A stretch of DNA of 50,746 nucleotides from Bacteriovoracales bacterium (GCA_026713835.1 JAPONP010000088.1:1-50746); one strand, 5' to 3'. Positions 35,021-44,719 are shown, counted from the first letter of the stretch. Made by a program: numbers and translations. Notes: generated by a model from the sequence alone, not told the origin.

Positions 35021-36154
35021 TTATGGCGATGGACGACTTATCTCCCTAAGTTTTTGGAGAAAACATTGGATCTCTTCCCCCGTCGTCGAAAAACCCAAAG
35101 AAACCCTCAAGAGATGATCTCCTTCCTCCTTGGAAAGACCCAAGGCCCTTAAAGTCTTTCCCCCTCCTTCGCTCTCTGCCCTGCTGGAGCAAGCCGAGGT
35201 TTGGGAGAGGAAAAAACCTTCGTCGTCCAATCTTTTAAGAAGTGTTTGGGCCTTTTGTGCAGGATGGATGAAGGTACAGATATGGGGGGCCGCTTGACCC
35301 TGATCGAAGGGAAAGCGGGCGCCTAAGTCTTTGAGCCCAAGGATCAAATCTTTCTTGAGTTCCCGTATCCTCTCCCTTCCCTTTCCCTCCACTCCTTCCC
35401 GCGCGCATTGGGTGAAGGCAAAGGCCAAAGAAAGGTTTTCCGTTCCACTGCGAAGTCCTCCTTCCTGCCCCCCTCCCCAAATCATGGGTCTTAGGGTGTA
35501 GCGCTTGGCGAGCAAGGCCCCAATTCCCTTGGGCGCCCCGATCTTATGTCCGGAAAGGGTCAAAGAATCGATGGATTCCGATTTCAAAGAAAGGGGGACT
35601 CTGGCCAAACTTTGGGAAGCGTCCACGTGGATATGGGGTCTTTCCATCCCTTTCTCGGCGGCTTCGTGGACAAGCGCTTGGGCGCAGGCCTCCACATCAC
35701 AAATCAAACCGGTTTGGCTATTGACGTGATCGAGAACGACCAATTTGACCCTCTCCGAAAGCGCTTCCTTCAAGGAGCGGGGGGTGACTCTCCCCTCTTC
35801 CAGGGGGATGGGACGCCACAGGGCCTGCGTCTTTTTCGAGGGAGCAAGAAGAGAGGGGTGGGAAACCTCACTGCACAAAATCTCATCTTCCGACCCATAA
35901 TCTCTTCCCCCAATGGCCATATTATTGGACTCGGTGGCCCCGGAGGTGAAGATCAGATCAAAGGTCTTTTTGGCCAAGAGGAGTTCTCTCATTCCCTTTC
36001 GACATTCTTCCAAGCGGGCCTTGGCCTTTTTTCCCGGGGCGTGGGGGGAGCTGGGGTTGGCAAACCATGAAAGGGATTCTTCCAAGGCCTTTTTGGCCGT
36101 TTCCGTTACGGGGTGTGTGGCCGCATAATCCAAATAGATAAAACGATCCGACAT
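35021..36154 (-). CDS. NifS/IscS-like cysteine desulfurase (class V aminotransferase)
   Basis: 377 aa with YLDYAATHP, the PLP-lysine motif LSGHKIGAPKGIGAL, and a C-terminal catalytic loop SQTSACSS. Confidence 0.85.
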   Translation of the reverse strand: MSDRFIYLDYAATHPVTETAKKALEESLSWFANPSSPHAPGKKAKARLEECRKGMRELLLAKKTFDLIFTSGATESNNMAIGGRDYGSEDEILCSEVSHPSLLAPSKKTQALWRPIPLEEGRVTPRSLKEALSERVKLVVLDHVNSQTGLICDVEACAQALVHEAAEKGMERPHIHVDASQSLARVPLSLKSESIDSLTLSGHKIGAPKGIGALLAKRYTLRPMIWGGGQEGGLRSGTENLSLAFAFTQCAREGVEGKGRERIRELKKDLILGLKDLGARFPFDQGQAAPHICTFIHPAQKAQTLLKRLDDEGFFLSQTSACSSRAESEGGGKTLRALGLSKEEGDHLLRVSLGFSTTGEEIQCFLQKLREISRPSP

Positions 36155-36172
36155 GGGTCTCCCTAAAAGCCG

Positions 36173-37304
36173 TTACGATGAAGAGGGCCCTAGGGCCTTC
36201 CATCTCAGATAAGATTTTATAAACCCGTCCAAGTCCCCGTCCAAAACCCTATCGGGGTTGGGGGATTCAAAATTTGTCCTCAAGTCCTTGACCATCTTGT
36301 AGGGATGGAGGACGTAGGATCGAATCTGGGAGCCCCAGCCGATATCCTTTTTGCCGGCCTCTATCTCGGCCTGTTTGGCCCTCTTTTCCTCCATGGCCTT
36401 TTCGTAGAGACGGGATTTGAGAATCTTCATGGCCATGGCCTTATTTTGCAATTGGGATCTTTCGTTTTGGCAAGCCACCACGATCCCCGAAGGCCGATGG
36501 GTGATTCTCACGGCTGAATCCGTGGTGTTGACCGACTGTCCCCCGGCCCCTCCCGACCGATAGACATCGATGCGCAAATCCCCCTCGTCGATTTCCACTT
36601 CGATATCGTCATCCACTTCCGGGGAGACGAAGACGGAGGCAAAGGAGGTATGCCTTCTCGAATTGGAATCGAAAGGAGAGAGGCGAACCAAGCGGTGGAT
36701 TCCCGACTCGCTCTTGAGATTCCCGTAGGCGTAGGGGCCTTCGATCAAGAGGGTGGCCGACTTAAGGCCTGCGGCGTCTCCGGTCTGTCTTTCCATTTCG
36801 GAAAGGGAAAAATCGTTTTTTTCGGCCCATTTGGTGATCATTCGATAGAGCATGGAGGCCCAATCGCAAGACTCCGTCCCTCCGGCCCCCGCATTGAGGG
36901 TCACGATGGCATTATGGGAATCCATTTCATCCGAAAGAAGGGTTTTGTGTTCAGCCAAATCAAAAGAGCGTTCGAGTTTGTCAAAGACATCCAAGGCCTG
37001 GGCCGCACTTTCCTCGTCCCCCTCTTCGCCGTACTCCAAAAGGATTTCAAATTCTTCTTTGGTTTCGACCAAGGCCTCAAAGGATTCGATGGTCGATGAG
37101 AGGAGAGATTTTTCTCTTTGAATTTTGGCGGCCCTTTGGGAGTCTTCCCAAAAGGACGACTCTTGCTCTAAGCGATGAATCTTGGAAAGTCTATTCCGTT
37201 TTGTGGCCAGGTCAAAGAGACCTCCGAATATGATCGATGCCCTCTTGAATACGGGTAAAATCCCGTTTTTTTTCATCCAGTTTGATAGCCAATTCTTGGT
37301 TCAT
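36173..37304 (-). CDS. prfB: Peptide chain release factor 2, requiring a programmed +1 frameshift: join(37304..37215, 37213..36173)
   Basis: The downstream frame has the RF2 SPF motif (LVRLSPFDS) and GGQ (SGGAGGQSVN). A 30-codon upstream frame (MNQELAIKLDEKKRDFTRIQEGIDHIRRSL) ends at CTT TGA C, preceded by GGAGG. Confidence 0.92.
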
Positions 37305-37411
37305 ATCAGTGCTTCTCCTCTCGCCTATCCTACGGCATGGAACAAACGAAGACAAGGGTGGGCAGTTTGCACGAATTGACAAAAATTTCTCCTCTCCCTA
37401 CCCTCAAATCA

Positions 37412-37831
37412 ATGGAACTCAAAAAAATCGTATTCTTCCTTCACTTGACCCTGGGGTTTTTTCTTTCGGGATGGGCCGCCCCCACATCCCTAGATGAACT
37501 TGTGGGCACCTATTCCGTCACCTCCGCCATTTCTGAAAATCCTCTGACCCTCACCATCGATGAAGATGGAGATGTAACACTGATCGCAGATTCGCCCCCA
37601 ACATACTGCCGGGGAAGTTCTCTTTTCCACTCCAATGCTCATTTGATTATGGAGCTTAACTGCCGACAAGAAGAGGACCCATTTCCCCTCACTTGGGATC
37701 TCGATTTTAGTTTTGCCGAGGGCGACGATCTCTCTCAAATCCCGGGCATCGTCACCATCATCTATGACGGACAACCCTTCAAAAGCTCTGATTTCTTTAC
37801 ATTCAAGAGGATAGACCCCCAAAATTATTAG
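37412..37831 (+). CDS. Hypothetical secreted protein (139 aa)
   Basis: Start trimmed to MELKKIVFFLHLTLGFFLSGWAAP (signal peptide). No recognisable family. Confidence 0.5.
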   Translation: MELKKIVFFLHLTLGFFLSGWAAPTSLDELVGTYSVTSAISENPLTLTIDEDGDVTLIADSPPTYCRGSSLFHSNAHLIMELNCRQEEDPFPLTWDLDFSFAEGDDLSQIPGIVTIIYDGQPFKSSDFFTFKRIDPQNY

Positions 37832-37891
37832 AAACCTATCCTTATTTCAGACCCCCTTGATAAAAAAGCCCACTCCCCCTACCCTGTACCC

Positions 37892-38335
37892 ATGACTTTC
37901 AAAAGCCTTTTTATCCTAAGCGTTCTATCGCTGCTTGCTTGCCCGGCTGCTTTTTCCATCTGCCGGATGGAAGGAGGGATTGCCATTTCCCTTCGTCTCT
38001 CTCCCCAAATAGATAGGGCCGCACGCAAGACCCCTCAAGTCCCCGTGCCCTTCGATGCCGAAGACAACACAACCGTAACCCTTCGCCTATCGCCCCACTC
38101 TCCTCCTCTCACTTTTTCCCAGGGGCAGTATCGGGACGAAGGCAATGGAGACTCCCAAATGCTCGCCAATCGTGCCGAAAAGGGCCATAGCTATCCCACC
38201 CAATTTCTCTCCTTCTCCCGGGATCACGAAGGGGGCCTCATCTCGGGTTTCTACGCTTCCACCGATCCGAGAAAATATGTGGATTTCAAAGGCGTTTGTG
38301 GGTACGAGGATTTATTTGGCCTTGGCCTTCATTAG
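37892..38335 (+). CDS. Hypothetical lipoprotein (147 aa)
   Basis: Signal peptide with lipobox SVLSLLAC. No recognisable family. Confidence 0.5.
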   Translation: MTFKSLFILSVLSLLACPAAFSICRMEGGIAISLRLSPQIDRAARKTPQVPVPFDAEDNTTVTLRLSPHSPPLTFSQGQYRDEGNGDSQMLANRAEKGHSYPTQFLSFSRDHEGGLISGFYASTDPRKYVDFKGVCGYEDLFGLGLH

Positions 38336-38461
38336 GTCTTCCCCCTATTTTGAAGCCAATAATTGCGCTGTAAATAGCCGAAAATTCATACGTGCAGTCT
38401 CTAAGTGTGAAAGCCTACAAATCAATTCACCTTTTCTCTCCCTGTATTTTAAAAAATCGTC

Positions 38462-38484
38462 TATAATAAAATCTTACTGGTAAG
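38462..38484 (+). promoter_or_regulatory. Candidate -10 box and operator palindrome of the AbrB/PIN toxin-antitoxin operon
   Basis: TATAAT at 38462-38467. The inverted repeat CTTAC-TG-GTAAG at 38473-38484 lies between it and the AAGGAG RBS. The -35 region is weak. Confidence 0.35.
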
Positions 38485-38498
38485 AAAAAGGAGCTATT

Positions 38499-38762
38499 AT
38501 GAGTACAATTGCAACGACCAAAATGTCTTCAAAGGGCCAAGTTGTTATACCTGAATCAATCAGAGATCAACTGAGTCTTGGCCCGGGAACTCAATTTGTC
38601 GTTCTCGGCCAAAAAGACACCGTTATTTTGAAATCTATTCAGGCCCCACCACTGGAAGAATTTTCAAATTTACGAAAGAATCTTCGACGGCAAGTCAAAA
38701 AAATTCAACTCAAAAAAACGGATGTAACAAAAGCCATACGGAAAGCTCGAAAGAAAAAATGA
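38499..38762 (+). CDS. AbrB/MazE/SpoVT-family antitoxin
   Basis: 87 aa with the looped-hinge-helix motif KMSSKGQVVIPESIRDQL. 4-nt overlap with the PIN gene. Confidence 0.75.
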   Translation: MSTIATTKMSSKGQVVIPESIRDQLSLGPGTQFVVLGQKDTVILKSIQAPPLEEFSNLRKNLRRQVKKIQLKKTDVTKAIRKARKKK

Positions 38763-39166
38763 GGGTTATCATTGATACCAATGTTTTTATCTCCGGCATT
38801 TTTTGGTCAGGTTCGCCTGCCCAGATTATGAAATTATGGGAAGAGAGAAAACTATCGCTTATCTTGTCAGATGAAATATTTGAAGAATACAAGAGGGTCG
38901 CTTTTCATCTAGAAGAGCAGTACGGCCCCATTGACTTAGAGCCTTTCTTTGATCTCTTAATTTTTTATGGTGAATTTTACACTCCCATTAAATCATCTAA
39001 AGTCATTTGCAAAGACCCTGACGACGATAAGTTTTTGAACTGTGCCCTTGCAGCCTCTGTCAATATCGTTATTAGTGGAGATAAGGAACTGTTAAGTTTA
39101 TCAAATTATCAAGGAGTAGAGATTTTAAAACCGGCAGCATTTTTAAAAAAATTTACCAAGGGGTGA
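38759..39166 (+). CDS. PIN-domain toxin (VapC-like)
   Basis: 135 aa with an N-terminal acidic motif VIIDTNVFISG and later DPDDDKFLNCALAA...VISGDKELL, typical of PIN nucleases. Confidence 0.78.
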   Translation: MRVIIDTNVFISGIFWSGSPAQIMKLWEERKLSLILSDEIFEEYKRVAFHLEEQYGPIDLEPFFDLLIFYGEFYTPIKSSKVICKDPDDDKFLNCALAASVNIVISGDKELLSLSNYQGVEILKPAAFLKKFTKG

Positions 39167-39354
39167 CGCTATAAGATTCTTTTATCGACATCTTCCCTAA
39201 AGGCAGGACGAATCCTGAAACGGGGTGCTAAACCCCTAAAAAACCGACCCTTTTCTGCCCCCTCTCTCGCCATGAACCCCACTTTTGTCTTGATTTGCAG
39301 TGGTTTCGCGGATTATCATGACAATAAACGAACCTATTGCGGATTTTTCAAATT

Positions 39355-40497
39355 ATGCTCCAAAGAACTCTTAACCTCTCGAAATTACTAAAAAAATCTT
39401 CCCACTTCCTCCTGGGCCCCCGAGGCAGTGGCAAAAGCACCCTCATCCGGGAAGAAGGGCTCCATGAGAGTGGGCTCATCGATCTTTTGGACTCAAAAAT
39501 CTACCTACGCCTCAAAGGCGACCCTTCCCTTCTCGGTTCCTTGGCCACAAGGCCCACGACGGTCATCGATGAAGTCCAAAGAATCCCGGAGCTATTAAAC
39601 GAGGTTCACCGTCTGATCGAAAATGAAGGCAAGCGCTTTTTGCTCACCGGAAGTAGTTCGAGAAAACTCAAGCGAGGAGGGGCCAACCTCTTGGCCGGAA
39701 GGGCCTTTATGGCAGAGCTTTTTCCTCTCACCTGGAAGGAAATTTCAAGGGCGCAAACTTTTGATCTGGGCCGCTATTTGCTCTTTGGCGGTCTCCCCAT
39801 GGCCTATCTCGGGGAACACCCTCGGGACTATCTCCACGCCTATGGAGACACCTATTTAAAAGAAGAAATCCAATCGGAGGGCCTGACCCGAAACTTGCCC
39901 AACTACACACGCTTTTTACAAAGTGCGGCCTTTAACAATGGACGACTCTTAAACTACACCAAAGTGGCCAACGACGCCGGACTCTCCCCCAATACCGTAA
40001 GGGATTATTACCAAATACTCCAAGATACCTTACTGGCCTTTGAACTCCCTCCTTGGAGAGGATCAAAAAAAAGAAAGCCCATCCAAACGGCCAAGTTCTA
40101 TTTTTTTGATCCCGGCATCACCCATATCCTAAGGGAAACCGAGGCCCTCGACCCAAAGAGCGATATTTTTGGCACTTCCCTGGAACAATTCATCGCCTGT
40201 GAACTAAGGGCGTATCTGAGCTATAAAAACAGTCGCTTGCCCCTGCAATTTTGGCGATCCAAATCCCAAATGGAGGTGGATTTTGTCATCGGAGATAAAA
40301 TGGCCATGGAGGTCAAGGCGAGCAAAAAGGTGGGGAAGCGGGAACACAAAGGCCTTCTCGCCATCCAAGAAGAGCGTTCGTGGGAACATCTTCTGCTCAT
40401 CTCTTGCGATGAATTGGAGATGCAAGGCCCAAACGGTATCCGCCACCTACACTGGGAAACCTTTTTGTCCGAGTTGTGGCAGGACAAATTCTTTTAA
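39355..40497 (+). CDS. AAA_14 / DUF4143 family ATPase, paralog 2
   Basis: MLQRTLNLSKLLKKSSHFLLGPRGSGKST, Walker B TVIDEVQ and a DUF4143-like C-terminus. By eye roughly 40% identical to paralog 1. The listed TTG start at 39337 is also possible. Confidence 0.8.
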   Translation: MLQRTLNLSKLLKKSSHFLLGPRGSGKSTLIREEGLHESGLIDLLDSKIYLRLKGDPSLLGSLATRPTTVIDEVQRIPELLNEVHRLIENEGKRFLLTGSSSRKLKRGGANLLAGRAFMAELFPLTWKEISRAQTFDLGRYLLFGGLPMAYLGEHPRDYLHAYGDTYLKEEIQSEGLTRNLPNYTRFLQSAAFNNGRLLNYTKVANDAGLSPNTVRDYYQILQDTLLAFELPPWRGSKKRKPIQTAKFYFFDPGITHILRETEALDPKSDIFGTSLEQFIACELRAYLSYKNSRLPLQFWRSKSQMEVDFVIGDKMAMEVKASKKVGKREHKGLLAIQEERSWEHLLLISCDELEMQGPNGIRHLHWETFLSELWQDKFF

Positions 40498-40500
40498 AGA

Positions 40501-40589
40501 GTAACTGCTCACCCCCCGGCAATCTTATCCGGGTGGAGAACAGTTACCTTGCCTTCGTTGGAATTTTTGCTATAGGTGCGAGCAGTTAC
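40501..40589 (+). mobile_element. MITE-like repeat element, copy C (89 nt, short form)
   Basis: Termini GTAACTGCTCACC... / ...GGTGCGAGCAGTTAC. Flanking 8-mers TTTAAAGA (40493-40500) and CCTAAAGA (40590-40597) match at 6 of 8 positions. Fills essentially the whole convergent intergenic gap. Confidence 0.8.
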
Positions 40590-40590
40590 C

Positions 40591-43029
40591 CTAAAGAGGG
40601 CCCGCCTGCAAAAGCTCTTGAAGATAGGTTTGGCGTTTTCTGTTATCGGCGTTTTTCACGGCAAGGGCCAAAGCCTTCCTCGTTCCCACAAAGACCACGC
40701 CTTTTTTGCCCCGAGTGAGTCCCGTATAGACGAGATTTCTAAAGAGGAGTTTAAAGTGCTGGGTGGCCATGGGGATGATGACCACATCGAACTCACTCCC
40801 TTGGGATTTGTGGATGGTGATGGCATAGGCGAGATCGATCTCCGGTAGATTTTCCTTTTTGTAAACCACCTTGCGCTCACTCTTGCCGTGATAGACGACG
40901 GAAAGTTCGAGGGCGGCCGTGTCCATGCCTACGACCGTTCCGATGTCACCGTTAAAGACTTCGAGATCGTAGTTATTTCTCTTTTGAATCACCCGATCCC
41001 CCACCCGAAAAACCTTTTGAGCAAAGACCAATTGCTTTTTTCCGGGAGCCATGGCGTTACATTCGTCTTGAATTTTTTTGTTGAGGGCCAACGTTCCCAT
41101 CGATCCTCTCGTCATAGGAGTTAAAACCTGAATCTCGACCTTCCTACCAAAGTATTTAGGCAAAATCTCTCGGTAGAGTTTGAGAATCATGTCCGTGGCC
41201 GTGAGCCCGTAGTGGAGGGAGGAGTGGGGATGGACTTTTCTAAGAATCGCCCTCACCTCCTGGGCCTGGGATTCGCTGGCCAAAAGATCTTCCAAACAAA
41301 CGTGTTTGAACTTTTCGGGAATGGTTAAAAACCCGCCTTCCTTTTTTTCTTCTTTTTCATCTTCATCCCCTTCCGCTTGGATATGACCCCCATCTCGAAA
41401 AACCCTTTTGGCCTTTTGGATAAAGCGAACCGCATCCAAACCGGCCTCTTCGGAATCGATAAAAAGGGTATCGTGGCCCTCTTGCCAAAGACCCGGGTTT
41501 TCAAAAGGAGACCGGATAAAGGGAACCTCGCCACCGTTGATCTTGTGGGCATAGCGAACGATCAGACTCTCCTTGGCCTGACGAAAGACCTCTGTGAGAC
41601 GAAAGACCGAAACGACTTCGCTGTCGATCAAGTCTCCCAACACATTCCCGGCCCCGACGGAAGGGAGTTGATCTCGGTCACCGATAAAGAGAACTTGGGT
41701 GTTTTTGGTATCGACGGCCTTGAGAAGGGAAGCCGTAAGAGAGATATCGAGCATGGAACATTCATCGATCACGATAAAATCGGCCTCCAAAGGATCGTCT
41801 TCTCCCTTTTTAAATCCTCCCTTGGCGGGATTCCAGACCAAAAGGCGGTGGATGGTTTTGGCCGCAAGACCGATCACCTCCTCCATCCTCTGGGCCGCCC
41901 GCCCGGTGGGTGCTGCGAGAACGACGTTTTTGCCCATGGCCTGGGACAATTTGACGATGGCCTTGGTGGTGGTGGTCTTTCCACAACCGGGCCCTCCCGT
42001 AAGAATGGAAAATCCCTGGCCCGCAATGCCGGCCACACTTTGGGCCTGCTTTTGACTAAGCGGTTGTTTTTGGCGCCGATTGAACGCCTCTATCCATCGC
42101 CAAATTCTTTTTTCGTCCACGGAGATTTTTTGCCGTCCCAAAAGAAGGATCTTTTTGCCCACGGACTCTTCGCTATAAAAAAGACTTTTGGAATAGTATC
42201 CCTCGTCTTCACCGATCTTTCGGGTCATGATCTCACGGGCCTTTTCCATCTCTTTGAGACAAGCCTTTAAAAGTTCCCTCAAAGATGTCTCCTCCAGCAA
42301 ATCTTCCACGGACTTTTCCACCTGGGAAAAGCGCAGATAGCAATGCCCTTCTTCCCGAGAGGCCGCCAAAACGTGGCCCACGGCGGCCCTCACCCTCCTG
42401 GGGTCTCGCCCCACGATGCCAAGGCTTTTCGCAATACGATCGGCCGAAAGAAAGCCGATGCCATAAATATCTTGACTCAGGCGATAGGGGTTGTCCTCCA
42501 CGATGGAGACGGCTTCCCTCCCGTATTGCTTGTAAATCTTGACTGCAAAAAGAGTACTCACGCCGTGGGTTTGAAGAAACATCATCACATTTCTAATCTC
42601 TCGGTGTTCGGTCCAAGACTTTCTTATCATCTCCAATTTGCCCTGGGCGATTCCGCAAACCTCCGTGAGCCTTTCCATCTCGTGTTCAAAGACATCGAGT
42701 GTGTCCCCACGGAAATGGGAGACGATCTTTTTGGCCGTCTTAGGGCCCACTCCGTAGATCAGGCCCGAGCCCAGATACTTTTCCAACGCAGCGGCCGAGG
42801 CGGGTCTTTTTTCGAGGAGGGCAAAGGCCTTGAATTGAGGGCCGTATTTGGGATGCTCGGTCCATTCCCCTTGAAAATCCACCGTGGCCCCGGCAAAAAC
42901 TTTGGCCTGATGGACGGTCACGGTCACCAACTCTTCTCGAATCTTGAGAGGAGAAACCTTGAGAACGGACCAGCCGGATTCTTCGCTATGAAAGGTCACC
43001 CTCTCGACAATACCCGATAAAACGTCCAA
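40591..43029 (-). CDS. recD2: RecD2-like SF1B ATP-dependent DNA helicase
   Basis: N-terminal OB-like GIVERVTFHSEESGWSVLKV, HhH region, Walker A GGPGCGKTT, Walker B FIVIDECSM and a C-terminal AITIHKSQGSEF. Start trimmed to the TTG at 43029, just after the nuoI stop. Confidence 0.88.
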   Translation of the reverse strand: MDVLSGIVERVTFHSEESGWSVLKVSPLKIREELVTVTVHQAKVFAGATVDFQGEWTEHPKYGPQFKAFALLEKRPASAAALEKYLGSGLIYGVGPKTAKKIVSHFRGDTLDVFEHEMERLTEVCGIAQGKLEMIRKSWTEHREIRNVMMFLQTHGVSTLFAVKIYKQYGREAVSIVEDNPYRLSQDIYGIGFLSADRIAKSLGIVGRDPRRVRAAVGHVLAASREEGHCYLRFSQVEKSVEDLLEETSLRELLKACLKEMEKAREIMTRKIGEDEGYYSKSLFYSEESVGKKILLLGRQKISVDEKRIWRWIEAFNRRQKQPLSQKQAQSVAGIAGQGFSILTGGPGCGKTTTTKAIVKLSQAMGKNVVLAAPTGRAAQRMEEVIGLAAKTIHRLLVWNPAKGGFKKGEDDPLEADFIVIDECSMLDISLTASLLKAVDTKNTQVLFIGDRDQLPSVGAGNVLGDLIDSEVVSVFRLTEVFRQAKESLIVRYAHKINGGEVPFIRSPFENPGLWQEGHDTLFIDSEEAGLDAVRFIQKAKRVFRDGGHIQAEGDEDEKEEKKEGGFLTIPEKFKHVCLEDLLASESQAQEVRAILRKVHPHSSLHYGLTATDMILKLYREILPKYFGRKVEIQVLTPMTRGSMGTLALNKKIQDECNAMAPGKKQLVFAQKVFRVGDRVIQKRNNYDLEVFNGDIGTVVGMDTAALELSVVYHGKSERKVVYKKENLPEIDLAYAITIHKSQGSEFDVVIIPMATQHFKLLFRNLVYTGLTRGKKGVVFVGTRKALALAVKNADNRKRQTYLQELLQAGPL

Positions 43030-43031
43030 TC

Positions 43032-43568
43032 TTATTTCTCGACGATGCGATCTCGCCAGGCCACGATCTCGGGATCGAGATAATCGTATTTCATTTGATC
43101 GAGATCGTATTGGGTGAACTCGAAATCCTTCGTATGGGTGAGACATTCCGTAGGGCAAACGGTGGTGCATAGACCACAGTAGCAGCACAGGGCCTCATCG
43201 ATGGTAAATTGGTTGAGGTTTAAGCGAATCGGGGTTCCATTGGAAGTCTTGGGAATTTCCTCCCCCTCGGGCTTTGGCGTAGAAGCGATGTAGATGCAAT
43301 CCACCGGGCAGACCATGGCGCATTGGTTGCAGGCGATACAATCGGCCACGTCGTTATAGAGGCGTCCTCTCGACCTTTCCGGAAGAACTTCTCTGACCTC
43401 CGGGTATTCGATGGTCACGGGTTTATGGGCCCAAACGTAGCGAAAGGTAATCCACATCCCTTTGGCCACGGAAAAGACCGCCTGCCAGATATTGATGAAG
43501 TATTGCCTAAAACTGATACTTTCTTCAAAATCCGAAAGCCCTTTGGCCTCCATTCTTTCACTTATCAT
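43032..43568 (-). CDS. nuoI: NADH-quinone oxidoreductase subunit I (2x[4Fe-4S] ferredoxin)
   Basis: 178 aa with CIACNQCAMVCP and CCYCGLCTTVCP cluster motifs. ATGA overlap with nuoD. Confidence 0.88.
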   Translation of the reverse strand: MISERMEAKGLSDFEESISFRQYFINIWQAVFSVAKGMWITFRYVWAHKPVTIEYPEVREVLPERSRGRLYNDVADCIACNQCAMVCPVDCIYIASTPKPEGEEIPKTSNGTPIRLNLNQFTIDEALCCYCGLCTTVCPTECLTHTKDFEFTQYDLDQMKYDYLDPEIVAWRDRIVEK

Positions 43569-44719
43569 CGATCAACCTCCCCTAAAACGATATCGATACT
43601 TCCAATGACGGCCACAAAATCGGCCACCAAAAGCCCCGGTGCAAGGTGGGGCAACAAAGAGACGTGGGTAAAACAAGGGGATTTCACTTTGATTCGATGG
43701 GGTTTTTTATCCCCCGTGGAAACGATGTGATAGCCGATCTCTCCTCGTGGGGATTCGGTTTTGTGGTAGATTTCCCCTTGGGGAAGACGAATGATCTTGG
43801 AAACCTTACTCATAACGGGCCCCGCTTCGATGCCCTTTAAGCATTGGCGAACAATCTTGATGGACTCGTACATCTCCCTCATGCGCACGATGTGACGATC
43901 CCAACAATCCCCCTTGCTTCCCTGCTCCCCGCTTCCCACGGGAATGGAAAAATCGAATCGATCATAGATGCTATAGGGTCGTTTTTTGCGCAAATCCCAC
44001 TCCACCCCCGATCCCCTCAGTATAGGCCCCGTGGCCCCGTATTGATAGGCGGCTTCCTCGGAAAGAACACCCACATTGGCCGTTCGATTGATAAAGATTT
44101 TATTGTAGGAAACCAAATTATTGTATTTATCGATCTCTTCCCACATCTCATCGCAAAATGTTTCGATAAGGCCCAATTGGGCATCGGTCAAGTCATTCCA
44201 CACACCCCCAATCCAAATGTAGTTGTAGAGGAGTCTCGCCCCACTGATCTCCTCGAAGAAGCGCAGGATTTTTTCCCGCATATCGAAGGCGTAGAGAAAG
44301 GGGGTAAAGGCCCCCAAATCGATGGCGTAGGTGCCAAAGGCCAAGAGGTGGGAGGCGATTCGGCCCAGTTCACAGACGATGACCCTTATGTATTCGGCCC
44401 GAATCGGAACCTCTTGCCCCATCATCTTCTCACAAGCCGTCACATAGCCAAGCTCCATATTCATGGCCGCAAGATAGTCCATTCGATCCACAAAGGGGAT
44501 GATCCCCCGATAGTCGAGGTTTTCTGCGTGCTTTTCAAAGCAGCGATGAAGGTAGCCGATATGGGGGATGGCCTGCACCACCACTTCCGAATCGGTCTTG
44601 ATCTCCACCCTAAGAACACCGTGAGTGGCCGGGTGCTGGGGGCCCATATTGAGGGTGAGAAGTTCCGATTCGACTCCCTCTTGCCCTTCCGTTTGAATCC
44701 GATCCCTTTTAACGTCCAT
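43565..44719 (-). CDS. nuoD: NADH-quinone oxidoreductase subunit D
   Basis: 384 aa with LNMGPQHPATHGVLR, the HIGYLHRCFEK-type pattern and the C-terminus SIDIVLGEVDR. Confidence 0.92.
   Translation of the reverse strand: MDVKRDRIQTEGQEGVESELLTLNMGPQHPATHGVLRVEIKTDSEVVVQAIPHIGYLHRCFEKHAENLDYRGIIPFVDRMDYLAAMNMELGYVTACEKMMGQEVPIRAEYIRVIVCELGRIASHLLAFGTYAIDLGAFTPFLYAFDMREKILRFFEEISGARLLYNYIWIGGVWNDLTDAQLGLIETFCDEMWEEIDKYNNLVSYNKIFINRTANVGVLSEEAAYQYGATGPILRGSGVEWDLRKKRPYSIYDRFDFSIPVGSGEQGSKGDCWDRHIVRMREMYESIKIVRQCLKGIEAGPVMSKVSKIIRLPQGEIYHKTESPRGEIGYHIVSTGDKKPHRIKVKSPCFTHVSLLPHLAPGLLVADFVAVIGSIDIVLGEVDR

Noticed and set aside
39224-39248. GGGGT-N5-ACCCC hairpin after the PIN toxin gene as a terminator
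   Set aside because: The short 5-bp stem is followed by an A-run rather than a T-run on the transcribed strand, so the evidence is weak.
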